A stretch of DNA of 64,000 bases from Eledone cirrhosa (lineage: Eukaryota), in contig CAXHJY010001189.1 of assembly GCA_964016885.1 (NCBI GenBank), positions 95,361 through 159,360 of the forward strand, in the 5' to 3' direction. Each line of letters starts with the position of its first letter. Position 1 is the stretch's first letter. Of this stretch, positions 41,488 to 56,743 are shown piece after piece. Under the pieces are notes generated by a model that searched no databases, was not told where the DNA came from, and saw only the letters and a program-made list of their open reading frames with translations. Position numbers and translations under genes: made by a program.

Positions 41488-41725
41488 TATCCAATGCTTT
41501 GCTTTAAAACAAATTTCTGAAGTCTACGATATAGAGCAAAAATAAAAAAATAAAAAAATAAAACAATTAATCTAAGCATTTCGTTAAAAAATTCCCGGGA
41601 ATTAATTGAAACCAGACCAGAATAGCTTACTGTATTATTCATACATACACACACTCACACCACCCACATACCTCACACGTGCATATATGTGCATGTATAT
41701 ATGTATATATAAGTTTATATATACA

Positions 41726-43440
41726 GTCACCCGGAGGATCACGGCCCCTCTCAACGTTTGGTACCTGGATGATGCAACATTGGGCAGGCCCGTAGAGACT
41801 GTCTGCCATGACCTGCAATCGGAGGTGCCTGCCCTCATGGTAATCGGCCTCCAAGTCAACTTGTTCATGTCGGAGGTGGTGAATGTCAGCCATGATGCTG
41901 AGAGCTTTGCAGCCTCCGTCTCGGGCGTGCTGTCCATTCTCCACCAGGTACAGGTGACCCCAAAGAGGATGTCCTCATCCTCGGGTAACCGATCCATCCA
42001 CCGGCCATCCGCTCCACCATCAGATCCAGGCTCCAGTAACTCAAGACCCTCACGAGCCGACTGGGCTTGATTGACGGCCACCCAGCACACTTCCTGTTCA
42101 GGAACTGCTTCCCTATGCCGAAGCTTCTCTATACCCTTCGCAGTGCTCCATGCTACAGCCACACATCTCTCCTTGCTGACCTTGACACTTGTATCCGAGA
42201 GGCAGCTGAGGAGATATGCATTGTCAGGTTTGATGACATTGGATGGCAACAGGCCACATTACCTGTCAGATATGGTGGCCTTGGCCTCCGGTCCCCGATC
42301 TGATTGGCTTTGCTGGCATTTCTTTCATTGTTAACTTCATGCCGTGTCCTAGTCAGTATGGTTCTCCAAAACACAATGGAACCCTCTGTGATCGGGGAAC
42401 GTGAGGCCACTGGTGAGATGTGTGACCGGCTGGGACTTAGCCCAGTAGATGTCCCTCCTCCTTCTCTCCCTGCTGATGTCAAGTCCACCCCAAGCATTTG
42501 GGTGTAGCCTGCCCTCAGACAGGCTCACGCGCCAGCTCGACCAGCACTGCCTTTCCTGTTTTTGCGCAGCCTTTCCTGTTTTTGCGCAGCCTCCAAACTC
42601 CACAATGGTGCCTGGCTCCATGCCTGCCATCCTTCTCCACTGGTGCGCAGCTGGATAACGATAGCCTGTACATCGGCGTTTCCTTGAGGCTCGGCCTCCG
42701 GATCTGTGAGCCACATAAATGTCGCTGTGGATCCACCGTGGACTCTTTTGGCCTCCACCCGCTTTCCTGTCACCATAATGCTGGCTGTCTTTCAGGCCAT
42801 GTTGCCCTCAATGCTGTCATAAAGCATGGCTTGGATGCTGCAGGCTTGCCCTCCCAGCTCGAGCCAGTGGGGCTGGACCGAGGGGATGTAAAAAAGCCAG
42901 ACGGCATGACCATCTTCCCTTTCCGTGGTGGCAAACCCCTTGTCTGGGATGCCACTTGCAGCGACACTTTCCCCAGCCGCAACCTGGTGCAGTCTGCAAC
43001 TAACCCAGGTTCTGCTGCCCGTCGGGCTGAGGAGGCTAAACTCTCCAAGTACCGGTCGCTCTCCAACAGGTTCACGGTCGTATCCTTGGCAGTGGAGACT
43101 TCTGGTGTCCTTAGCCCTAGAGCTACTTCCCTACTCACCAACCACCATAGGCGTTGAGCTGGTCAGCCGCAGGTGTGAGCCTCGGAAGCTGGAATGGCTC
43201 TCCCAGCGGATCTCCCTTACCATACTCCAAGGAAACGTCTTCTCCATCCTGTACGCCTGGGCTGTGGGGAGGCCAGCACATGGGACCCCATTTGCTCACC
43301 ATACATAGAGATGGAGGCGATGACAGTGGGAGTTCGGCTCTTACACGTTCGGACCATATCCTTGTGGTTGTGTTCATTAAGCCCTAGTGCAGTAATGGGA
43401 CTGAGTTAAAACTGTCTAGCCTTACACTATATTAAAACAC
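41726..43440 (+). mobile_element. 5'-truncated, degenerate CRE-clade non-LTR retrotransposon (RT C-part, CCHC finger, RLE)
   Basis: NVWYLDDATLG (RT); WQQATLPVRYGGLGLR; CEPHKCRCGSTVDSFGLHPLSC; KPDGMTIFPFRGGKPLVWDATC...AEEAKLSKY...LAVETSG; EWLSQRISLTILQGN. Stops and frameshifts are present. Confidence 0.88.
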
Positions 43441-43684
43441 ATTATAATTTTAACATTATAGATGGAAATATGTCAAATAATTATATTTGCTAATAGAAGA
43501 CTGTTTCCTGTTAGTATTCCCAGGGCTTAGCCCCAAACACAACAACCAATAAAACCAAACACACACACATATATATACGTATGTATATAGATACAAACAT
43601 GTATATATATATATACTTACACTTTTCAGGGTTTATTCTGACTGCTGACCAAAGAATTTTAGTGGAATTTGCAACAATAGCCAT

Positions 43685-43738
<54 letters not shown>

Positions 43739-44294
43739 GAAGGAAGTGTGATAAGGAACCAGATGGACCATAACGCACCAGAGTACTCAATACTTAGGGT
43801 AGTAGAGTGGGTAATAGCAAAATGTTCAAGACCCCGACAGCAGAGCTCAAGCTGTGAGTGTAGCTGGACGGTAGCTTTAGATTCTCTTAGAGTTGTCTGG
43901 AATGTATAGTCTTGCACGCGCTGATGAACCATAGGCTATTCCATTTCAGTCAACAACTTCCCGGAGAAACAGATCTCTTTGGATTTCTACGCGTGTGTTA
44001 TATAGTTATAGAGGTGCATATATATACATTTTAATTTATATTTTTTATTATTGTGTGTCTACCCTGCCTTTCATAGGTTATAGATACCATACACTGGTGG
44101 TTTACCCTGTTTTATTGATGGTGCACTATCTCTCTCTAGTGTGTTACCTTTTCAACATATTGTATTTTAAAGAGCTCAGGATTCCTTTTCCTTTGAGCAC
44201 ATTATTGACAGGGAATAATGAGAGTCTATGGGTCCGTTAATTTATCGTATACACATATATATATATATATACACATATATATATATACATATAC

Positions 44295-44325
<31 letters not shown>

Positions 44326-44421
44326 CATATATATACATATATATATACATATATATATCATCATCATCATCATCCTCGTTTAACATCCACTTTCCACGCT
44401 AGCATGGAAATATATATATAT

Positions 44422-44478
<57 letters not shown>

Positions 44479-44485
44479 TATATAC

Positions 44486-44580
<95 letters not shown>

Positions 44581-44689
44581 TTAGTTAAGCAAAGCAAGAC
44601 CACAAGTTTCACAAGGAAGATATTATTAAAAGATTGTCAACATATTTTAGTTTGATGTAAGGAATGTAGAGAATAATAATAATAATAAT

Positions 44690-45455
44690 ATTAATAATAA
44701 TAATGTCCGTTTACAATTGTTTCGCTACTCCATATAATATTTCTGGATCAGATGACTATATATCATAATTAATCTGGTTCAGTTGAAAATAATTAACATA
44801 TTTAAAAGACAGAGCGGCTCATCGGAACTTCAAAGGAATATAAATTAAAATAATGAGAGAATGTTACATAATATAATGTTCCATATATTGGTTTTTACTA
44901 TGGTGTCTTGGTTGCATCAGTTGTCAGCCATAATCATCTGTCGAGGCTGCATTGTGTGAGATCTGCCTATGGGTAACAAGATGGCTGCCAAAGGGCATAT
45001 TTACCTTACTAATTAGAGGGTGGTTTCAGGGGAAGTAACTCCTCGAGAGATTAGAAATTGTGGGTGTTTATAGTTAAGTGCTAATTTTAAAATTTTTTTA
45101 ATTGAGAGACAATGTAGGGGAGGTAACTTATAATTATCCAAGTTGTTCCTAGTAATTTAACTTATTAGCTACAAGTAAAAATGGGGCTACATGACTAAGT
45201 TGGGTCAAATATTCTATTGGCGAAGGAATTGGCCCTTTGATGTTGACAGCTAATAGTTACCTCCGTTCTATCGTTAATCGGCAGAGGTCGTGATAGAGTT
45301 ATGTAATATGCTTCCGTAATACAGAGATCACAAGATTTTCTTCGTCCATTGAATGGTTGGGCCCTAGCCACGATATCCCATTTTAGTGAGTGTTGAACGT
45401 TGTTTAATTTAAGGTTTTTAATGAGCCTAGCTAGCGATGTCGAACATCTGTTGCT
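44690..45455 (-). mobile_element. Penelope-like element 3' end: GIY-YIG C-terminus plus 3' UTR/pLTR (Naiad-like)
   Basis: [11 protein letters not shown]...LKWDIVARAQPFNGRRKSCDLCITEAYYI...INDRTEVTISCQH is a PLE endonuclease tail (CxxC...N.R.E...C.H). A hammerhead lies downstream. Confidence 0.75.
44709..44828 (-). ncRNA. Type I hammerhead motif with extended stem II loop
   Basis: Minus strand: GTT-CCGATGA-GCCGCTC...GAGTAGC-GAAA-CAATTG-TA-AAC. Palindromic stem III ACAATTGT. The core has a U4C change. Confidence 0.55.
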
Positions 45456-45609
45456 ATATATATATATGTACATATATATATGTACATATATATATATATA
45501 TACATATATATATATTTATATATATATACATATATATATATTTATATATATATACATATATATATATTTATATATATATACATATATATATATTTATATA
45601 TATATATAT

Positions 45610-45656
<47 letters not shown>

Positions 45657-45660
<4 letters not shown>

Positions 45661-47883
45661 GTGATATTGTCGGGGAGAAGTGTGTACTAAACGACGATGG
45701 CACACTTGCCATCACCGACGCTGATAAGAAGGTAGCTTGGAAGTGTCACTATGAAAGGCTTCTAAATGAGGAGAATAATTGGGAGAAAGGCAGTCTCCCC
45801 CATATCGACCCAATAGAGGGACCAGCAGTGTTAGTCGAGGGGAGTATAATAAGTAAGGCAATCAAGGATATGAAGACTGGTAAGGCGGCTGGGCCTTCGG
45901 AAATAGTTGCTGAGATGCTGAAGGCATCTGGCACGGTGGGACACACCATGGTCACCCGCATAGTTAACCAAGTCGTACAGAACGGGGTTGTTCCGAAGGA
46001 CTGGCATAGCAGCATCATCGTTAACTGTTATAAGGGTAAAGGAGACCCCCTAGATAGGAGTAACTATAGAGGCATTAAATTAATCGACCAGGTCATGAAG
46101 GTCACGGAAAGAGTAATAGCGCAACTAATCAGAGAGAGAATTGACCTAGATGAAATGCAGTTCGGGTTTGTGTCAGGCAAAAGTACCACAGACGCTCTTT
46201 TCATAGTACGACAACTACAAGAGAAGTACCTAGCTAAAGGTAAACCCCTCTACTTAGCTTTTGTCGACTTGGAGAAAGCCTTCGACAGAGTCCCCCGCTC
46301 CATTATCTGGTGGGCTCTTAGAAAACTAGGCGTTGACGAATGGCTTGTGAGGGCTATACAAGCCATGTATAAAGAAACAGTCAGCAAGGTTAGAATTAAC
46401 AACGAATATAGTGAAGAGTTTAGCGTAAAAGTCGGCGTCCATCAGGGCTCTGTTCTCAGTCCACTACTATTTATTATTGCCCTTCAGGCCATAACAGAGG
46501 AGTTCAAGACAGGCTGCCCATGGGAACTCCTATACGCAGACGACCTGACACTCATAGCGGAATCAATGGCCGAGCTAGAGAAGAAATTCCAAACATGGAA
46601 GCACGGCCTAGAGTCAAAAGGACTTAAAATTAACCTGGCTAAGACCAAAGTACTAGTTTGTAGGAAAGAAAACAAGGCGGCGGTCCCTTCTGGGAAATGG
46701 TCGTGCTCGGTGTGTAGGAAAGGCGTAGGTAGAAACTCCATTTTATGTCCTAAATGCAAAGTATGGGTGCATAAAAGATGTAGTGGGATCACAGGTAGGC
46801 TAACTAAGAACATAGATTTTACATGTGGCCGGTGCTCTGGTGCAATAAGTAGCAGCAAGTGCCCACAAACTACTAGCTCTTTCAATTGCGCAGAGGGTTC
46901 TATAGAAATAGTGGACAGCTTCCGTTACCTGGGCGATAAAATCAGCAGTGGGGGAGGGTGCTCTGAAAGTACTGTAGCTAGAGTCAGAACTGGTTGGAAA
47001 AAGTTCAGAGAGCTTATACCACTATTAGCTGCTAGAGGGTTCTCACTAAAAATGAAAGGCAGGTTGTACGATGCCTGCATACGAACAGCAATGCTGCATG
47101 GCAGTGAGACCTGGGCATTGTGTGCAGAGGATATACGCAGACTAGAGAGGAACGAAGCTTGCATGCTCCGCTGGATGTGTAACAGTAATATACGTGAACG
47201 GCAAAGCATAAACGAACTAAGGAATAAATTAGAGATAAGAGGGATCAGATGTTGTTTACTCGAGAGAAGGCTACGTTGGTATGGACACGTGATGCGCATG
47301 AAAGTCGATAGCTGTATAACAAAGTGCAGGGCAATAAAGATAGACGGTAGTCACGGAATAGGCAGACCTAGAAAAACCTGGGACGAGCTGATAAACTCCG
47401 ACATCACACACTTACACCTCTCCAAGACAATGTCACTGGACCGAGACCTTTGGCGGTACTCAGTAACAGAGAAGACCCGCCTTACCTAAATATATAGTAA
47501 AACCTACTCCAGCCAGTAGGCATCTCTAACAAAATACACCCCGTCCCACCACCCCCACCCGATCCACACCACCCCGTTCTATGTAAAGTTATGTTGGTGC
47601 CGCGCCATCGAGGCCGAAACAAATGAGATCGTGTAGGTGTCACGACAAAAAAAACACACAGTCCACGCTGTAATGTGGCCGTGTAGGCAACACGGTAAAA
47701 ACCTCCCAGACCCACACTGTAAATGTGGTTGGTGTTAGGAAGGGCATCCAACTGTAGAAAACCTGCCAGACAGTCCTATGCGAGCAAGACAATCACTCTT
47801 GCCTCAAGTGGGACTACCCCCGTCCAAACCCATGCAAGCGTGGAACACGGACGTTAAACGTTGATGATGATGATGATGATGAT
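45657..47883 (+). mobile_element. Young 5'-truncated RTE LINE with uninterrupted RT ORF (45657-47489) containing an internal PHD finger
   Basis: NYRGIKL, QFGF...[45 protein letters not shown]. (GAT)n tail. Flanked by (TA)n on both sides. Confidence 0.95.
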
Positions 47884-47901
47884 ATATATATATATACACA
47901 C

Positions 47902-48014
<113 letters not shown>

Positions 48015-48086
48015 TAGGTACGTTATTCCGGGTTGAATCGGAGGTAACCACAGTAAGTAAAGTACTCAATACATTGCAGAATATAA

Positions 48087-48215
48087 AAGTTTTAATATAG
48101 ATGAGACTCTACAGGACTAGAACTGTTTCATTCTTTAGAAATCATCAGGATTCCTGATGATTTCTAAAGAATGAAACAGTTCTAGTCCTGTAGAATCTCA
48201 TCTATATTAAAACTT
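48087..48215. repeat. Near-perfect palindrome (64-bp arms, centre 48151) with a truncated hammerhead core in each arm
   Basis: Arms differ by one base. Each reads CTGATGA-TTTCTAAAGAAT-GAAAC-AGTTCTA-GTC outward from the centre. Confidence 0.85.
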
Positions 48216-48235
48216 ATATACATATATATATATAC

Positions 48236-48477
48236 ATATGATAAAGAACACAAGAGCGTCTACAACATCAAAAGATTTTTATTGGCTTACAATGTTTCTT
48301 CCTTACGTAACCGTAGGATTCGTCAGAGCTATAAAAGGGGTTTGATTGGTGTTATGGACTCTACCAATCAAACCCCTTTTATAGCTCTGACGAATCCTAC
48401 GGTTACGTAAGGAAGAAACATTGTAAGCCAATAAAAATCTTTTGATGTTGTAGACGCTCTTGTGTTTTTTATCATAT
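48236..48477. repeat. Inverted repeat (~115-bp arms, 12-nt spacer) carrying two hammerheads: 48384-48428 (+) and 48285-48329 (-)
   Basis: GCT-CTGACGA-ATCCTACGGTTACGTAAGGAA-GAAA-CATTG-TA-AGC followed immediately by AATAAA. Arms are almost identical. Confidence 0.85.
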
Positions 48478-48580
48478 ATACGGCTCTGCTCCAAAGCATA
48501 GAGCTAATTATTATGCTGCCAATACCTTAACGGGACACGGGTGTACAATACCTAACTCCTATTAACCTAAGTATATATAC

Positions 48581-48623
<43 letters not shown>

Positions 48624-48624
48624 T

Positions 48625-49579
48625 TGTTATACTTTGGGAGGGTCATGTTGCCAACAAGAAACACACGCACCAGTTGCTTTCACTTCAATTTATTATATAT
48701 TTATAAATTTATAAATTTACAAATTTACAAACTTATAAATTTCAGGTTGGTTGGTTGGTTCCACAACCAGATAGTTGTTTATATATAGTCATAGTCCTTT
48801 CGTCACACACTCTGTGACCTCTTCAGTGACTGGGGATTCCTTTCCTTTGTTTCTGTGCCTTTCCTTTCTTCTATCCTACGCCATTTTGTTTCTGTGTGTG
48901 TGTTGTGTGCTCAGTTTGCGCATGTGCCACATCCGGGTGTCTGTGTGTGTTTGTGTTCATTTATCTATTTGTTTATTTATTTATTTATTTATTGTTGGTT
49001 GGTTGTTTGTTCTATGTGTGTGTTTTCATTTTGTCCTGTGTGTGTTTTCATTTTGTCCTTAATTGTAAGTTGTTTGTTCTATTTGTGTGTGTGTTTTCAT
49101 TTTTTCCTGTGTGTGTTTTCATTTTGTCCTTAATTGTAAGTTGTGATGTTGCTGTTCCACTCATATTTTCTATTTAATTTTGGTATTAATTCTTTTATGC
49201 TTACTGCCTCTGTAATTTGCCTAAACATTGTGTCTTTTCTGTGTGTGGATTCTATTTTTATTTCTATGTTCTCTAGTCTACCTCTGTGTTCTATCTTAGC
49301 ATGTTGGTAGAGCACAGATGATTCTTTATTATCTTGGAGGTCTCGCCAGTGTTCATTTATTCGTTCCCCTATACTACGAGCTGTCTCACCTATGTACACT
49401 ATATTTTTGTTTCTACATTGTCCTTCTGTACATCTTATGCTATACACTACATTTCTAGTTTTACAGTTAATATGGGGGCTTATTTTACAGGTTATACATT
49501 TTTATCTATACATGAGGGTCTTTGGAACGGGTATGTCTTGCTAATAAGTGTTTTTACGGAGGTACCTGGTCTTTCATAG
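48625..49579 (-). mobile_element. Penelope-like element 3' end (Neptune-like GIY-YIG endonuclease plus UTR)
   Basis: ERPGTSVK...PF...C..(frameshift)..CITC...CKTRNVVYSIRCTEGQC...VYIGETARSIGERINEH...SVLYQHAKIEH...RQITEAVSI...LNRKYEW. Confidence 0.88.
48787..48831 (-). ncRNA. Minimal type I hammerhead ribozyme in a PLE 3' UTR
   Basis: Minus strand: AGTCA-CTGAAGA-G-GTCACA-GAGTG-TGTGAC-GAAA-GGAC-TA-TGACT. Perfect stems I and II. About 300 bp downstream of the GIY-YIG stop. Confidence 0.8.
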
Positions 49580-52273
49580 TCAGGACGAGACGTACTCGAC
49601 AGCAGAAGAGGACTATCCTCAGGAGAAAAATATGGAAGCTAAAGGTCCCCACAGCCAGAAATAAATTTCAAAGCATATTACTTGATGCTTTCGACAGTAA
49701 GGAAGAGCATTTAGAGTCGGACAATATAGAGGGACAGTGGGAATTTCTGAAAGCAAACCTGCTGATGGCGACAGACGAAGTCTGTGGCTGGAGCAGGCCT
49801 GTAGGCAGGAGGAGAGTAACATGGTGGTGGAACAGTAGGGTGGAGGGGTCAATTAAGGCCAAAAAGCAGGCTTGGAAAGTATGGCGTGATGGTTGAAGTA
49901 GAGAAGACTATCAAGTGGCCAGGAGGGAGGCTAGGAGACAAGTGTACTTCGCAAGAAGGGAAGCAGAGGAAAGAAAGTTCAAGCATGTTCTACAACGCGA
50001 GGACCAAAAACGTAAGGTGTTCAGGATTGCTAGACAATGTGTCAAGGAAAACCGTGATATTGTCGGGGAGAAGTGTGTACTTAATGATGACGGCGTACTT
50101 GCCATCACCGACACTGATAAGAAGGTAGCTTGGAAGTGTCACTATGAAAGGCTACTAAATGAGGAGAATAAATGGGAGAAAGACAGTCTCCCCCACATCG
50201 ACCCAATAGAGGGACCAGCAGTGTTGGTCGAGGGTAGTATAATAAGTAAGGCAATCAAGGATATGAAGACGGGTAAGGCGGCTGGGCCTTCGGAAATAGT
50301 TGCTGAGATGCTGAAGGCATCTGGCACGGTGGGACACACCTTGGTCGCCCGGATAGTTAACCAAGTCGTACAGAATGGGGTTGTTCCGAAGGACTGGCAT
50401 AGCAGCATCATCGTTAACTGTTATAAGGGTAAAGGAGATGCCCTAGATAGGAGTAACTATAGAGGCATTAAATTAATCGACCAGGTCATGAAGGTCACGG
50501 AAAAAGTAATAGCGCAACTAATCAGAGAGAGAATTGACCTAGATGAAATGCAGTTCGGGTTTGTGTCAGGCAAAAGTACCACAGACACTCTTTTCATTGT
50601 ACGTCAACTACAGGAGAAGTACCTAGCTAAAGGTAAACCCCTCTACTTAGCTTTTGTCGACTTGGAGAAAGCCTTCGACAGAGTCCCCCGTTCCATTATC
50701 TGGTGGGCCCTTAGAAAACTAGGTGTCGACGAATGGCTTGTGAGAGCTATACAAGCCATGTATGAAGAAACAGTCAGCAAGGTTAGAATTAACAACGAAT
50801 ATAGTGAAGAGTTTAGAGTAAAAGTTGGCGTCCATCAGGGCTCTGTTCTCAGCCCCCTACTATTTATTATTGCCCTTCAGGCTATAACAGAGGAGTTCAA
50901 GACCGGCTGCCCATGGGAACTCCTATACGCAGACGACCTGACACTCATAGCTGAATCAATGGCCGAGCTAGAGAAGAAATTCCAAACATGGAAGCACGGC
51001 CTAGAATCAAAAGGCCTTAAAATTAACCTGGCTAAGACTAAAGTTCTAGTTTGTAGGAAAGAAAATAAGGCGGCGGTCCCTTCCGGGAAATGGTCATGCT
51101 CAGTGTGTAGGAAAGGCGTAGGTAGAAACTCCATTTTATGTCCCAAATGCAAAGTATGGGTGCATAAAAGATGTAGTGGGATCACAGGTAAGCTAACTAA
51201 GAACTTAGATTTTACATGTGGGCGGTGCTCTGGTGCAATAAGTAGCAGCGAGTGCCCACAAAATACTAACTCTTTCAATTGCGCAGAGGGCTCTATAGAA
51301 ATAGTGGACAGCTTCCGTTACCTGGGTGACAAAATCAGCAGTGGGGGAGGGTGCTCCGAAAGTACAGTAGCTAGAGTCAGAACTAGATGGAAAAAGTTCA
51401 GAGAGCTTATACCACTATTAGCCGCTAAAGGGTTCTCCCTAAAAATGAAAGGCAGGTTGTATGATGCCTGCATACGAACAGCAATGTTGCATGGCAGTGA
51501 GACCTGGGCATTGTGTGCAGAGGATATACGCAGACAAGAGAGGAACGAAGCTTGCATGCTCCGCTGGATGTGTAATAGTAATATACGTGAACGGCAAAGC
51601 ATAAACGAACTAAGGAAAAAATTAGAAATAAGAGGGATCAGATGTTGTTTACTCGAGAGAAGGCTACGTTGGTACGGACACGTGATGCGCATGTAAGTCG
51701 ATAGCTGTATAACAAAGTGCAGGGCAATAAAGATAGACGGTAGCCACGGAATAGGCAGACCTAGAAAATCCTGGGACGAGCTGATAAACTCCGACCTCAC
51801 ACACTTACACCTCTCCAAGACAATGTCACTGGACCGAGACCTTTGGCGGTACTCAGTAACAGAGAAGACCCGCCTTACCTAAATACATAGTAAAACCTAC
51901 TACAGCCAGTAGGCATCTCTAACAAAATACACCCCCGTCCCATCACCCACACCCCGTCCACACCACCCCCTCCTATGTAAAGTTATGTTGGTGCCACAAC
52001 ATCCAGGCCGAAACAAATGAGATCGTGTAGGTGTCACGACAAAAAAACACACAGTCCACGCTGTAATGTGGCCGTGTAGGCAACACGGTAAAAACCTCCC
52101 AGCCCACACACTGTAAATGTGGTTGTTGTTAGGAAGGGCATCCAGCTGTAGAAAACCCGCCAGACAGTCCTATGCGAGCAAGACAACCACTCTTGCCTCA
52201 AGTGGGAAAACCCCCGTCCAAACCCATGCAAGCGTGGAACAGGGACGTTAAACGATGATGATGATGATGATGA

Positions 52274-52277
<4 letters not shown>
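49580..52277 (+). mobile_element. Young 5'-truncated RTE LINE, copy 2 (premature stops at 49894 and 51694)
   Basis: Near-identical to 45657-47883 and extends further 5' (TWWWN linker). (GAT)n tail, then (TA)n. Confidence 0.95.
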
Positions 52278-52313
<36 letters not shown>

Positions 52314-52379
52314 TATATATATAGTATATATATAGTATATATATATAGTATATATATATATATATTTATTTATTTATGA

Positions 52380-53487
52380 AAATAAACCAAAGAAGCCTTC
52401 AATACATCAAAAGTCTTTATTAGCCAGTAATGTTTCGTCCTATACCGGCCCTACAAGGAGGTGTATATAGGGACGACGCCCTGTTTACCGTTAGGAACCA
52501 TAGCCCCCGTAGGATAGAGAATCTTAACAAACATATACACAGGTTCTTCAAGTCATACGGCCTATCCGTAACTATGAACCTCAACCACAGGGTTATCAAC
52601 TTCCTAGACGTGACCCTGGAGTTTAGTACCGGCTTATACAAGCCATACCATAAGCCTGGAGAGTGCCTCTCTTATATTAATTATGCCTCTAACCTCCCTA
52701 AGCAGACTCTCAACTCCATAGTCTATAGTATCTCACACAGAATCTCGAGGCTATCCGCCAATGAGGATATCTTCAACCAAGCGGCAGATTACTACAATAG
52801 GGCCCTGATAAGCGCCGGCTTTAACCGAGGAATTTCTTACATCCCTAACGCTAGCTCTAGAAACCACCCCCCTCATAAAACAAACGTTATAGTAAGCCAT
52901 ACCTATAACCGATCACGCGGCGACCTCGTTAAAGTCGGATATAATAGAATAGATAACCGCACCAAAGATCACGACCCCGGCGACGGTGAACACTGTAGAT
53001 TACTCGAACTATTCCCCTATTACAAAACCAACAAAGGCGACGGCCTACTACCAACGCCTTCCAACCAACATCTTCGTGTACATAAACATGGAAGAGGTAG
53101 GAAGAGTGCACCCGAGCATAAAGTGAAAGGGGCACCGAACGGGCGACTGCGCATTAACACACATAAGAGCGGTCACCTAGATGGAACCACCCGTAGCAAA
53201 AGTACAAGGACACGTAATCGCCACCGTAACGTCCTATGGTTCCCACCCCTACTCTCGAAGTGTGGCCTCCAACATACCCCGGATGTTCTTCGAAGCCCTA
53301 GAGAAGAACTTCCCACCCAACCATAGGTATAGAAAAATTCTTAATAGGAACAATATAAAAATATCCTTCTCTACTACTCCTAACCTAGCAGACATCATAG
53401 GAACAACGAACCACAGTAAGATCACCAAGACACAGCACCTCGAAACAGACGAACCTACACCTGACAATAACTATATCGGCCTTAACA
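52380..53487 (+). mobile_element. Penelope-like element RT C-terminal/thumb fragment (Naiad-like) with an inverted pLTR tail at its 5' junction
   Basis: YRDDALF, INFLDVTL, YKPYHKP...YINYASNLP, ISHRISRLS, WFPP/PYSRSVASNI...FPPNHRYRKILNRNNIKISFS...NLADII. Bases 52380-52445 read on the minus strand as GGAC-GAAA-CATTACTGGCTAATAAAGACTTTTGATG, similar to the tail at 48415-48450. Confidence 0.85.
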
Positions 53488-56705
<3,218 letters not shown>

Positions 56706-56743
56706 ATTGAAATACTTAACTAAAACACACACTCAAAACTAGA

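Noticed and set aside
41126-41654. Periodic ORFs (FQGPTVV)n and (PEILQWD)n, or a CRISPR-like array
   Set aside because: A contiguous 21-bp minisatellite with no unique spacers, in eukaryotic context.
45480-45656. ATG-initiated N-terminal extension of the 669-aa RT ORF
   Set aside because: The frame runs through (TA)n by chance. The element is 5'-truncated at ~45657.
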